A stretch of DNA of 32,000 bases from Candidatus Intestinimonas stercoravium (GTDB lineage: Bacteria; Bacillota; Clostridia; Oscillospirales; Oscillospiraceae): positions 1,962-33,961 of the forward strand of contig DWZK01000076.1 of NCBI GenBank assembly GCA_019117605.1, written 5' to 3'. The first letter of the stretch is position 1, and every line of letters starts with the position of its first letter. A model generated the notes under the pieces. The model made no database searches. It saw only the letters and a program-made list of their open reading frames with translations, and had not been told where the DNA came from. Both the position numbers and the translations under genes were made by a program. Positions 8,477 to 15,198 of this stretch are shown here, one piece after another.

Positions 8477-9226
8477 TCAGGGCTCGTACTGCTCGAACCA
8501 GCGCTCGATGATCTCCCGCTGGAGGAGCTTGTCGGTCCGCTCCGGGTCGGCCATGACCTGCTCCAGGCAGATCTCGAAGGGCTGGCCCACGAACACCAGC
8601 TCGGCCTTCAGCCGCCGGGCCAGCTCCTCCCGCTCTCCCCGCCTGGGCAGGGTGGCGGCGATCCACACGGTCTTGCAGTCCACCCGCTCATCCCTGGCCT
8701 CGATGAGCTTGTAGAGCCCCTCCCGCACCGCGATGGTCAGACTCACCAGGTTGTTGGCCGCGCTCTCCCGCCGGCCCATGGTCAGGGCCTGCCGGATGAG
8801 GTCCAGGTCCACCACCAGGTCGGTGGGGTCCATGTGCTGCCGGATGTAGCTGCTCTTGCCGCAGCCCGGCGGCCCCCAGACGATGGCCACCCGCTGCGGG
8901 ACCGGCTTCCCGTCCCCGTCGAACCACACGCCGTGGGTGAGGATCTTCCGGTTTTTCCGCTTCTCAAAGCCCCGGACGATGGCCTCCCGGTGGGCCTTGA
9001 AGTGGCAGTCCTTGCACAGCCACTGGAGCTTCTCCGGATTGAGGGCCACCTCGGCGTCACCGATGTTCTGGGGCGTCAGGAAGGTGGTGTGGTGGAGCTC
9101 CTCGCCGGGAGCCTCCCCGCAGCCCTCGCACATGCCGCCGTCGATCTGCCGGCGCCGGGAGATATAAGCCGCCCGGCAGGACTGCCAGGCCGGCGAGTTG
9201 TAAAACGTTTTGGCAAAGGGCTTCAT
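8477..9226 (-). CDS. HNH endonuclease fused to a C-terminal P-loop NTPase/kinase-like domain
   Basis: N-terminal CEGCG...HH...N...CKDCHFKAH is an HNH/zinc-finger pattern. Walker A GPPGCGKS is encoded at 8852-8875. Start chosen at ATG 9226 because GGAGGAG lies 6 nt upstream. Confidence 0.75.
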   Translation of the reverse strand: MKPFAKTFYNSPAWQSCRAAYISRRRQIDGGMCEGCGEAPGEELHHTTFLTPQNIGDAEVALNPEKLQWLCKDCHFKAHREAIVRGFEKRKNRKILTHGVWFDGDGKPVPQRVAIVWGPPGCGKSSYIRQHMDPTDLVVDLDLIRQALTMGRRESAANNLVSLTIAVREGLYKLIEARDERVDCKTVWIAATLPRRGEREELARRLKAELVFVGQPFEICLEQVMADPERTDKLLQREIIERWFEQYEP

Positions 9227-9282
9227 GCCGCTCTCCTCCATGGGTCGGGCCCTTGGCTTTCCGGCGCCCGGCTATCACCTCG

Positions 9283-9343
9283 GGGCAAACAAAAAGCCAG
9301 AACCCGACCTGGTCCCACGCTGGGGATCTGGTCGGGCTCTGGC
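9283..9343 (-). terminator. Intrinsic terminator T1 (minus strand), just upstream of the HNH/late operon
   Basis: 14-bp stem GCCAGAGCCCGACC / GGTCGGGTTCTGGC (9296-9309 pairs with 9330-9343) with two mismatches, followed on the minus strand by TTTTTGTTTG. Confidence 0.65.
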
Positions 9344-9370
9344 TTCTGCTCCGGGCTATCACCTCCGGAG

Positions 9371-9424
9371 AAACAAAAACACCTGAGCCGACACGACCGC
9401 CGCATGCGAACTGTGTGGCTCAGG
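9371..9424 (-). terminator. Intrinsic terminator T2 (minus strand), 2 nt after the zinc-ribbon ORF stop
   Basis: Stem CCTGAGCC(G)ACAC (9382-9394) pairs with GTGTGGCTCAGG (9413-9424). Followed on the minus strand by TTTTTGTTTC. Confidence 0.65.
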
Positions 9425-9425
9425 C

Positions 9426-9605
9426 TCAATGGCTCAGGCTCAAATCGATATTCAGATATCGCTCCTTTTTGCAGTGCCGGCAATAGGCATAGGCCTTTAC
9501 CTTGCCATCTGGAGGCAAGCGAAGGAGCTTCATCGTTTTACAGGCAGGGCAGATGACCCATCCGTCCTCGATGCCCAGTTTATCAGGTTTTTTGGGTGTT
9601 TGCAA
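9426..9605 (-). CDS. Small zinc-ribbon protein (59 aa, Cys-rich KTR-like architecture). Absent from the ORF track.
   Basis: Own translation: (TTG)QTPKKPDKLGIEDGWVICPACKTMKLLRLPPDGKVKAYAYCRHCKKERYLNIDLSLSH. It has CxxC...CxxC. GAGGGG lies 6 nt before TTG 9605, and a terminator hairpin follows immediately. Confidence 0.55.
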   Translation of the reverse strand: MQTPKKPDKLGIEDGWVICPACKTMKLLRLPPDGKVKAYAYCRHCKKERYLNIDLSLSH

Positions 9606-9637
9606 TGCCTACCCCTCACTTTCTACATAGGGTGACG

Positions 9638-9675
9638 AATTATTAAGACTGGTTTCAAGCCGGAAAATTATTAAG
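9638..9675. repeat. Two direct AATTATTAAG copies (9638-9647 and 9666-9675), which read CTTAATAATT on the minus strand
   Basis: Read directly from the sequence; 28-nt period in an AT-rich patch. The second copy contains the Rep stop codon. CCGGCTT also occurs twice here. Confidence 0.6.
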
Positions 9676-10477
9676 CCGGCCGCCGTCGGCCTCTATTATA
9701 GGTATACTGTCCCGGCTCCCGCTCCGGGAAGAGGAGGTACCGGGCGCCGATGCAGTCGGCAAAGCCGTAGGGGTTCTTCTCGCTGAAGGTCTCGTAGTCC
9801 ACCGCGCCCGCCGGCGGCGCCAGGGTGACGCTGTCGCTTGGAATGTCAATATATTCCACTTCATACTTCTTGAGATTGCGGGACCCCCGCCAGGTCCGCT
9901 CCCCGGGCCTGGGCCTGCCGAACTCCCTGGCCTCCTTCGTGAAGTACTTGGCCAGCTCCCGGTAATAGTGGACATCCAGGGGCTCAGCCCGGACGTAGCC
10001 TCCCCCCTGCCATAGGCTGCGAATCTCCTCCAGGTCCTCGGGCGAAGTGAAGTTGAGCACTACATGATGGTGGAGCCGCTTGTCCTCCAGTTCTCCATCA
10101 GCGTCCATCCAGTCATAGGTCCTCAGCTCATGAAAACCCTCAGTGGTGTAAATGTACCGCAGCTCCTCCCCCCTCTTTCGCCGGACCGCCCGGTAGCTCC
10201 GGACAAATTTCTGGAATATTCTGTCCGCACCCCGCTTGTCCAGCGGAAGGTGGGCGTCGTCATAGGTGAAAACAAGCACCCAGTCCCGGGCCCCAAAGTT
10301 GGCCGCAAAGGTCAACTCCAATTCCCGCCAAGAACACTTCAAGTTGTAAAACATCTGCCCCGGCGAGGTGGGACCCTGCCGCCTGCCCCGTGTCCGCCTT
10401 CCGCCGGTTTCCGGGACCTTGCCCAGCACCTCCAGGTGCAGCAGGCCCGCCGTGATGGATTTGATGCACTTGGCCAA
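9671..10477 (-). CDS. HUH-superfamily rolling-circle replication initiator-like protein
   Basis: Motif 1-like WVLVFTYDD, HUH motif LHHHVVLN, and Tyr motif ELAKYFTKE (ExxxY as in pC194-type Reps). TTG start at 10477 has AAGGAG 7 nt upstream and lies 2 nt after the upstream TAG. The track ORF's extra N-terminus (to 10855) is out-of-frame read-through. Confidence 0.7.
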   Translation of the reverse strand: MAKCIKSITAGLLHLEVLGKVPETGGRRTRGRRQGPTSPGQMFYNLKCSWRELELTFAANFGARDWVLVFTYDDAHLPLDKRGADRIFQKFVRSYRAVRRKRGEELRYIYTTEGFHELRTYDWMDADGELEDKRLHHHVVLNFTSPEDLEEIRSLWQGGGYVRAEPLDVHYYRELAKYFTKEAREFGRPRPGERTWRGSRNLKKYEVEYIDIPSDSVTLAPPAGAVDYETFSEKNPYGFADCIGARYLLFPEREPGQYTYNRGRRRPA

Positions 10478-10479
10478 AG

Positions 10480-10725
10480 CTACGCTCCTTTCCAGCTCTG
10501 CACGGCTTTTACCAAATCGGAGACCGAGGCAAAGGTCTGAATCCAGCTCATCCCCCGCGTCTCGACCCGGATCTGGACCACCATCGGGACGCCCCACACG
10601 GGAGGCGCGGCATGGGTGGTGACCGTGGCCGCCGACCCCTGCGCCTCCCGTGTCAGGGTGATCTCCCGCCGGTGGTCCATGGCCCGGCGGATCGTCCGAT
10701 AGTCCTCCTTGGTCAGCAGCTCCAT
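10480..10725 (-). CDS. Hypothetical protein (81 aa)
   Basis: ORF tightly packed against the Rep-like gene. No family recognised. Confidence 0.45.
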   Translation of the reverse strand: MELLTKEDYRTIRRAMDHRREITLTREAQGSAATVTTHAAPPVWGVPMVVQIRVETRGMSWIQTFASVSDLVKAVQSWKGA

Positions 10726-10728
10726 GGG

Positions 10729-10902
10729 CTACGTCCTGGTCTGCCGGCCGGGGCAAAGGTCCATGGTCATCTGCTCGGGCAGCTTCTCCCGGATGGAGAC
10801 CGCCCGGGCGTCGCCCAGCTGCTCCAGGGCCATGCCCAAAACCTCCTTCACACACTCTGCCGATCCCGGCGGCGCGTTTACCTGGATGGTGACGATCAGC
10901 AT
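10729..10902 (-). CDS. Hypothetical small protein (57 aa)
   Basis: GGGGAGG RBS precedes ATG 10902. Product MLIVTIQVNAPPGSAECVKEVLGMALEQLGDARAVSIRE... Confidence 0.45.
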   Translation of the reverse strand: MLIVTIQVNAPPGSAECVKEVLGMALEQLGDARAVSIREKLPEQMTMDLCPGRQTRT

Positions 10903-10915
10903 ACCGAAACCTCCC

Positions 10916-11248
10916 CTAAACTTTTTCCATGCACTTATCCGCAGCTTTCCACCAACGCCGCTGCTCTTTACTGGCACTGTTCATGACTTTTTCGAGGGCA
11001 GCAGCCCGATTGATTACATGTTCTGGAATGGAAGATATCCGCTCCCCGTTATACGGTGCAAGCAAAGAGTTATATTCAGACAGCGCTGAGGAAAAACGCT
11101 CCCCAGCCAGCTTAGCTTTGGTATTGTACTCATCATACCGGTGGAGCATAATATCCGCTTCAAACCGTTTCAGCGAATAAGAGAGATCAAAGGCATGTTC
11201 CTGTATCCACCAAATCAACTCTTCCTTGGTTGCTTCTTCCAGCTTCAT
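10916..11248 (-). CDS. Hypothetical helical protein (110 aa) in a low-GC insert
   Basis: Clean ATG ORF. Two 60-nt lines inside it count 48% GC, against about 68% in a flanking line. No family recognised. Confidence 0.55.
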   Translation of the reverse strand: MKLEEATKEELIWWIQEHAFDLSYSLKRFEADIMLHRYDEYNTKAKLAGERFSSALSEYNSLLAPYNGERISSIPEHVINRAAALEKVMNSASKEQRRWWKAADKCMEKV

Positions 11249-11428
11249 TCAGTCAGCCCCTTTTTGTACGCCGGGCCGGCCGTACCGCCAGGCGAATGTG
11301 ATACAGCGGGTGTAGTGCTTGTCCCACTCCCAGCCGCCCGGGCGCTTGCACGCTCCGTGGGCATCGTCATGCCACAGGCAGTTGTGGCAGGTCCGCCGGT
11401 AGGCGTCCAGCACGATCAGCTCACCCAT
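11249..11428 (-). CDS. Small Cys/His-rich protein (59 aa)
   Basis: GGAGGAG RBS precedes ATG 11428. Product MGELIVLDAYRRTCHNCLWHDDAHGACKRPGGWEWDKHYTRC... Confidence 0.45.
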   Translation of the reverse strand: MGELIVLDAYRRTCHNCLWHDDAHGACKRPGGWEWDKHYTRCITFAWRYGRPGVQKGAD

Positions 11429-11609
11429 CGTCGCTCTCCTCCGGCATGCTCCCTGGCTCATAATATCTCGTGCACTTTTGGCAGCGATCCGGCTGGCCAT
11501 AGGACGCACACATGTCACAGTCGCCATTCACCTCACAGAGGGAGCATGCCTCAAAGCAGACCCTGCTCCTGCGGCAGAAAAAGCGGTCTCTTATCACTTC
11601 CCTCTCCAC
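11421..11609 (-). CDS. Small Cys-rich protein (62 aa, 10 Cys)
   Basis: GTG 11609 lies 8 nt after GGAGGAG. Product VEREVIRDRFFCRRSRVCFEACSLCEVNGDCDMCASYGQPDRCQKCTRYY... Confidence 0.4.
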   Translation of the reverse strand: MEREVIRDRFFCRRSRVCFEACSLCEVNGDCDMCASYGQPDRCQKCTRYYEPGSMPEESDDG

Positions 11610-11932
11610 TGGAAACACTCCTCCCCTTCCCAGCCGGGGCAGTAGTCCTCCTCGGAGCCGTTGTAGTGACAGAAGGGGCAGCAATCGGTGTCGTGGTCCC
11701 TGCGTTGGCGGATGGTGAGGGCCATGGTCTCCATGTCCCGCACAGCGGCGGTCAGAGCCGTCTCGGCCTCATCCGCCCGGGCCGTCTCTTCCTCCAGTTC
11801 TGCTTTGACACTCCGCAGAATGGCGCAGCCGTGGACGCCGCAGTCGTGTTCCCAGCCGCAGCCCAGGCAGGCCAGACTGCCCGTCTCCACCGCCAGCCGC
11901 CCCAGCGCCTTCAGCAGCTTTTCATTCCCCAT
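11594..11932 (-). CDS. Cys-rich protein with a central coiled coil (112 aa)
   Basis: GGGGAGGA lies 6 nt before ATG 11932. Cys clusters at both ends (LACLGCGWEHDCGVHGC ... CCPFCHYNGSEEDYCPGWEGEEC). Confidence 0.5.
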   Translation of the reverse strand: MGNEKLLKALGRLAVETGSLACLGCGWEHDCGVHGCAILRSVKAELEEETARADEAETALTAAVRDMETMALTIRQRRDHDTDCCPFCHYNGSEEDYCPGWEGEECFQWRGK

Positions 11933-11946
11933 ATGGCATCCTCCCC

Positions 11947-13692
11947 TCACGCCGTCCTGGCTTGGCCTTCTTCGGCCGCCGCTTTCTGGTAGGGCACCTT
12001 CGGGGTGCCGTCCTTGTTACGTTTACTGCCGCCGGCCAGCCAGGCCAGCCACGGGTCCAGGATGTCGGCATATCTGACCATCGGCATGACGGCCTGGCCG
12101 GCGTCGTTCTGATAGCCGTGGATCTGCACGATCTGATTTCCTTTCATCTCAATGGTCACCAGGGGCTTGCCGGGCCGTTTCCGGTCCCGCAGGAACAGGA
12201 TGGTGGTGCTCCCCTTGACATGTCGCTCGGCATAGCCGCCCACGCAGTGGTGCAGGGCCTTTCCCTCCGCCGTGATCTCGCCGGCGGAAACGGGTGGGCG
12301 GATCAGCCACCGCTTGGTGCTGAAGGTGTACCGGCTGACCAGCTTCTTCAGCCGTTTTTGGTATCGCTCCGAGGTCTGTTTCTCCCGGATGGTGGCGGCC
12401 GCCGCTGTGGTGCTCATGTGCCTGGCATGGAGATCCTTGGGCATGAGCCAGATGGGGTTGGTCAGATCATAGCCCAGCAGCGCGGCGTCCTCCAGGTAGT
12501 CCACCCACTCGGTGAGCAGGGTGTTGATGGACATGCGCTTCTGGCCCTTCCTGGTCTTTTCCTTCCTGGCGTAAGAGAGCAGACGGCCCGGCGTCACCTG
12601 GTACCGGACCATTTTCCCCACCAGCCGTCCCATGGTGCGTGTGCCCTCCTTGCGCAGCTCCTCCAGGTCGGCGAAGGTGACAGACATGCCCGCCCTGCGG
12701 AGCCGCTTATACCACGCCGCCATATCCAGCCTGACATCGGCGTAAGTCTTCAGCGCCAAGAAGTCCCGCAGCTCCGGTCGGCTCAGGCCAAAGGCCTTCT
12801 GCGGGTCGGTCTCCGCCCAGCGGAAGGCGTCCCGGTTCCACTTATTGTTGGCGATCAGGTCGTGGACCGCCTCCTGAAGCCCCATCTTCACCAGCATCTC
12901 CGTCTGTCTGGGCCACTGGGTACAGAGGGCCAGATAGCGGAGCAGCTCTGTGGTGTGGGGCGGCTTTGTACCGCCGTCAAAATAGGCCTCTGCCTGGCAG
13001 TAGCGGAAGGGGCTCTCCCGCAGCTCCTCCAGGTTGATGACTGTATAGGCCATCCCCTCGGCGGAGCACCAGCCAAAGGGCTCTGTCACCGGCAGCGGCA
13101 GCTTTGTGGGCGGAGCGTCCATGGACACATAGCCCGTCCAGGGATATCCGTCAAAAAGGCGGTAGGCCTTTTCGGCCAGACCAGGGATAAAGCGGTAGAC
13201 CCGCAAAAGTCGCGTCTCAGGGCGGTCGGTCAGCCGCTCCTCATCTCCGTAAGCCTTTTTGGTCTCAAAGGCCAGGGCCCACAGCGCACCTTGCCACATC
13301 CGCAGCACCACCACTCGGTACCAGGCGCACAGGTTGTCCCGCTTCCCGGTGCGCCCCAGCTCCTTGACCTTGGCTAACTTCCCGCAGATGGGACAGGCCA
13401 CCAGCTCTGGCTTCTTTGTGGGCGGCGCGCTCATAGCGCCTATGTGGCAGGTATACCCGTCCCAACGGTCCGGCTCCCGGTGGTGGGACGCCTCCATGAC
13501 GGTCCTCCAGGACTCTCCCTTCGTCTCATCGGCATGGACGTGATGCCCGCAGCAGGTGGTCCAGACCTCTCCCGTTTTCCGGACCCGGAACAGGTAGGCC
13601 GGATAGATGTCGTTGATTCGCTCCAGATCTTCGGCCCGCGGCTGCGGCGCATGCTTGGCCAGCCAGACGGCCCGCTGAACCTCTGATTGCAT
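11947..13692 (-). CDS. PcfJ-like domain protein
   Basis: C-terminal ...EGKALHHCVGGYAERHVKGSTTILFLR... matches the PcfJ-like signature as I remember it. An N-terminal Cys/His cluster is also present. ATG 13692 follows GAGGGGG. Confidence 0.7.
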   Translation of the reverse strand: MQSEVQRAVWLAKHAPQPRAEDLERINDIYPAYLFRVRKTGEVWTTCCGHHVHADETKGESWRTVMEASHHREPDRWDGYTCHIGAMSAPPTKKPELVACPICGKLAKVKELGRTGKRDNLCAWYRVVVLRMWQGALWALAFETKKAYGDEERLTDRPETRLLRVYRFIPGLAEKAYRLFDGYPWTGYVSMDAPPTKLPLPVTEPFGWCSAEGMAYTVINLEELRESPFRYCQAEAYFDGGTKPPHTTELLRYLALCTQWPRQTEMLVKMGLQEAVHDLIANNKWNRDAFRWAETDPQKAFGLSRPELRDFLALKTYADVRLDMAAWYKRLRRAGMSVTFADLEELRKEGTRTMGRLVGKMVRYQVTPGRLLSYARKEKTRKGQKRMSINTLLTEWVDYLEDAALLGYDLTNPIWLMPKDLHARHMSTTAAAATIREKQTSERYQKRLKKLVSRYTFSTKRWLIRPPVSAGEITAEGKALHHCVGGYAERHVKGSTTILFLRDRKRPGKPLVTIEMKGNQIVQIHGYQNDAGQAVMPMVRYADILDPWLAWLAGGSKRNKDGTPKVPYQKAAAEEGQARTA

Positions 13693-13705
13693 CTTTCCCA
13701 CCCCC

Positions 13706-14059
13706 TCAGAAGAAGTCGGAGAGGTCCAGCAGGATGCCGGTCTGCTGCGGCTCCACCGCCGCCGGCTCCAGCCGGATGCTCATGGTGAAGCTGACCTGGG
13801 CTCCGTCGAAGTAGAAAGACGCCGCCCGGCGGTAGGCCTCCAGATCGGAGAGGGAGCCGCCCACCCCCTTGGCCACGGCAGCCATGCAGTCCGGGAAGGA
13901 GCCGCCCTGGGCCACCGCCTGGGCGAACTCCTCGTTCTGTCGGCAGAACTCCAGGAGGGCATCCCGGACGGAAGACTTCATGACGTTCTCTTTCTGGCCC
14001 TTGACCTTGCCGTACTCGTCATTCAGGCGGGCCGACGCCTGTTCATACCAGCTGTTCAC
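13706..14059 (-). CDS. PcfK-like protein (the family that includes the Cas9 inhibitor AcrIIA9)
   Basis: About 117 aa and acidic. ...SVRDALLEFCRQNEEFAQAV...SLSDLEAYRRAASFYFDGAQV... fits the PcfK-like pattern, and the gene sits in the usual DUF3102-PcfK-PcfJ order. GTG 14059 overlaps the upstream TGA. Confidence 0.55.
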   Translation of the reverse strand: MNSWYEQASARLNDEYGKVKGQKENVMKSSVRDALLEFCRQNEEFAQAVAQGGSFPDCMAAVAKGVGGSLSDLEAYRRAASFYFDGAQVSFTMSIRLEPAAVEPQQTGILLDLSDFF

Positions 14060-15180
14060 CCCGCACACCTCCCAATGGCCTCGGCCAGAGCCTTCATAGC
14101 CTTCTCCGCCCCCTGAGCGGCAGTCTGGTCCGGGCGGCCCCGCAGCTTGAGGAGGATGCCTCTCATCTTGTTGGCCTGCTCTTGGACCTGCTGGAAGAGG
14201 ACCTTGAATGCAGCCATGTCCTCATCGGAGGAGAGCACCGCGTTTTTCCGGGCCTGTTCGGCATCCTTCAGCTGGGCCTGGGTCTGCTCCAAGGCGGCCT
14301 CGACGGCTTTGCGCTTTTCCTCAGCTTTGGCTTTGGCCTCCTTAGCCTTGTCCAGTTTGGCCTGCATCTCGGCCACAGCCTCTGCCCTGGCCTGGGCGAT
14401 GGCCTCCGGGTCCGCCACCGTCTCTACTGCCACCTCCACCGGCTGGCTTTTCAGCTCGGTGAGCTCCTGTTCCAGCCGGGCAGCCTCCTGATCGGCCCGC
14501 TCCTTCTCTGCCCGGGCCGACTCCAGCGTGGCGTTGACCACCTTCATGTCGGCCTCCATCTTTGCCCGGGCTGCCTCCGCCACGGCGGCGTCGGCCTTGG
14601 CACGCTCGGCAGCCTTCCGGGCCTCGTCCCGTTCCCGGATGGCCCGCTCCAGCTGCCTGGTGGTCATGTCCAACACATTGTTCTCCGCCAAAAACTCATC
14701 CCTGTCTTTTTCCGGCAAAGCTAAGAGCGCCAAGGCCTTGGAGGCTCCCAAATCGGCCAGCGCTGGCCGATTTGAAAGTTGCCGGTACATCTGCATGAAC
14801 CGTCTGGCGGTCCGTTCCGAATAGGACACTTTTTCGTTCAGCCAAGGCAGCCATTCACCGTGGGGCAGCATCTCCTTTGCCTCGATGAGGCACCGTCCAA
14901 TGGTGAGGATGGCCTCTCCGCCCCGGCGCTGGGCGTCCAGGATATCCTCTGTGATGACCTCGATGGTCCGCTCGGGCAGCGTCTCGTCCTCCACAGTGTC
15001 CAGCAGGGCATCCTCCGCCTGCCTCCGCTCCCCTCTGCGGCGCTCTTCTTGGTCATAGAGCTCATAGCCGGGGCGGGCGTTGTTCCTATAGTAGTCGCAG
15101 TCCAGCTCCCGGCCGGTGAAGGAACACCTTTTTTCGCACTCAGCCGAGAGGGGGCAGCGCTCATTTTTCGCCTTTTTCAT
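14056..15180 (-). CDS. DUF3102-type protein with a long Ala/Glu/Lys coiled coil
   Basis: ...IGRCLIEAKEMLPHGEWLPWLNEKVSYSERTARRFMQMY... is the DUF3102 core as I recall it. It has an N-terminal Cys cluster. ATG 15180 lies 7 nt after AGGAG. Confidence 0.7.
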   Translation of the reverse strand: MKKAKNERCPLSAECEKRCSFTGRELDCDYYRNNARPGYELYDQEERRRGERRQAEDALLDTVEDETLPERTIEVITEDILDAQRRGGEAILTIGRCLIEAKEMLPHGEWLPWLNEKVSYSERTARRFMQMYRQLSNRPALADLGASKALALLALPEKDRDEFLAENNVLDMTTRQLERAIRERDEARKAAERAKADAAVAEAARAKMEADMKVVNATLESARAEKERADQEAARLEQELTELKSQPVEVAVETVADPEAIAQARAEAVAEMQAKLDKAKEAKAKAEEKRKAVEAALEQTQAQLKDAEQARKNAVLSSDEDMAAFKVLFQQVQEQANKMRGILLKLRGRPDQTAAQGAEKAMKALAEAIGRCAG

Positions 15181-15198
15181 GGTCATGCTCCTCTCCGC

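Noticed and set aside
9057-9362. 101-aa ORF starting at the GGAGGTGATAG box in the terminator cassette
   Set aside because: It would read straight through a terminator hairpin and into the HNH gene out of frame, and the product has low complexity. The GGAGGTG box is better explained as part of the conserved post-terminator element.
9267-9380. Possible CRISPR-like or other array, suggested by the repeated 29-nt box
   Set aside because: There are only two copies. The repeats are not separated by a spacer of similar size, and each is attached to a terminator hairpin. No cas genes are present.
10478-10855. Upstream 126 codons of the 394-aa ORF containing the Rep-like gene
   Set aside because: The translation is Gly/Pro/Asp/His-rich and overlaps two well-formed small genes in other frames. 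A TTG start with AAGGAG at 10477 fits the operon packing.
11962-13377. 471-aa plus-strand ORF
   Set aside because: It is antisense to the PcfJ-like gene, which carries a recognisable family motif. It has a Gly/Leu/Pro/Arg-rich shadow composition.
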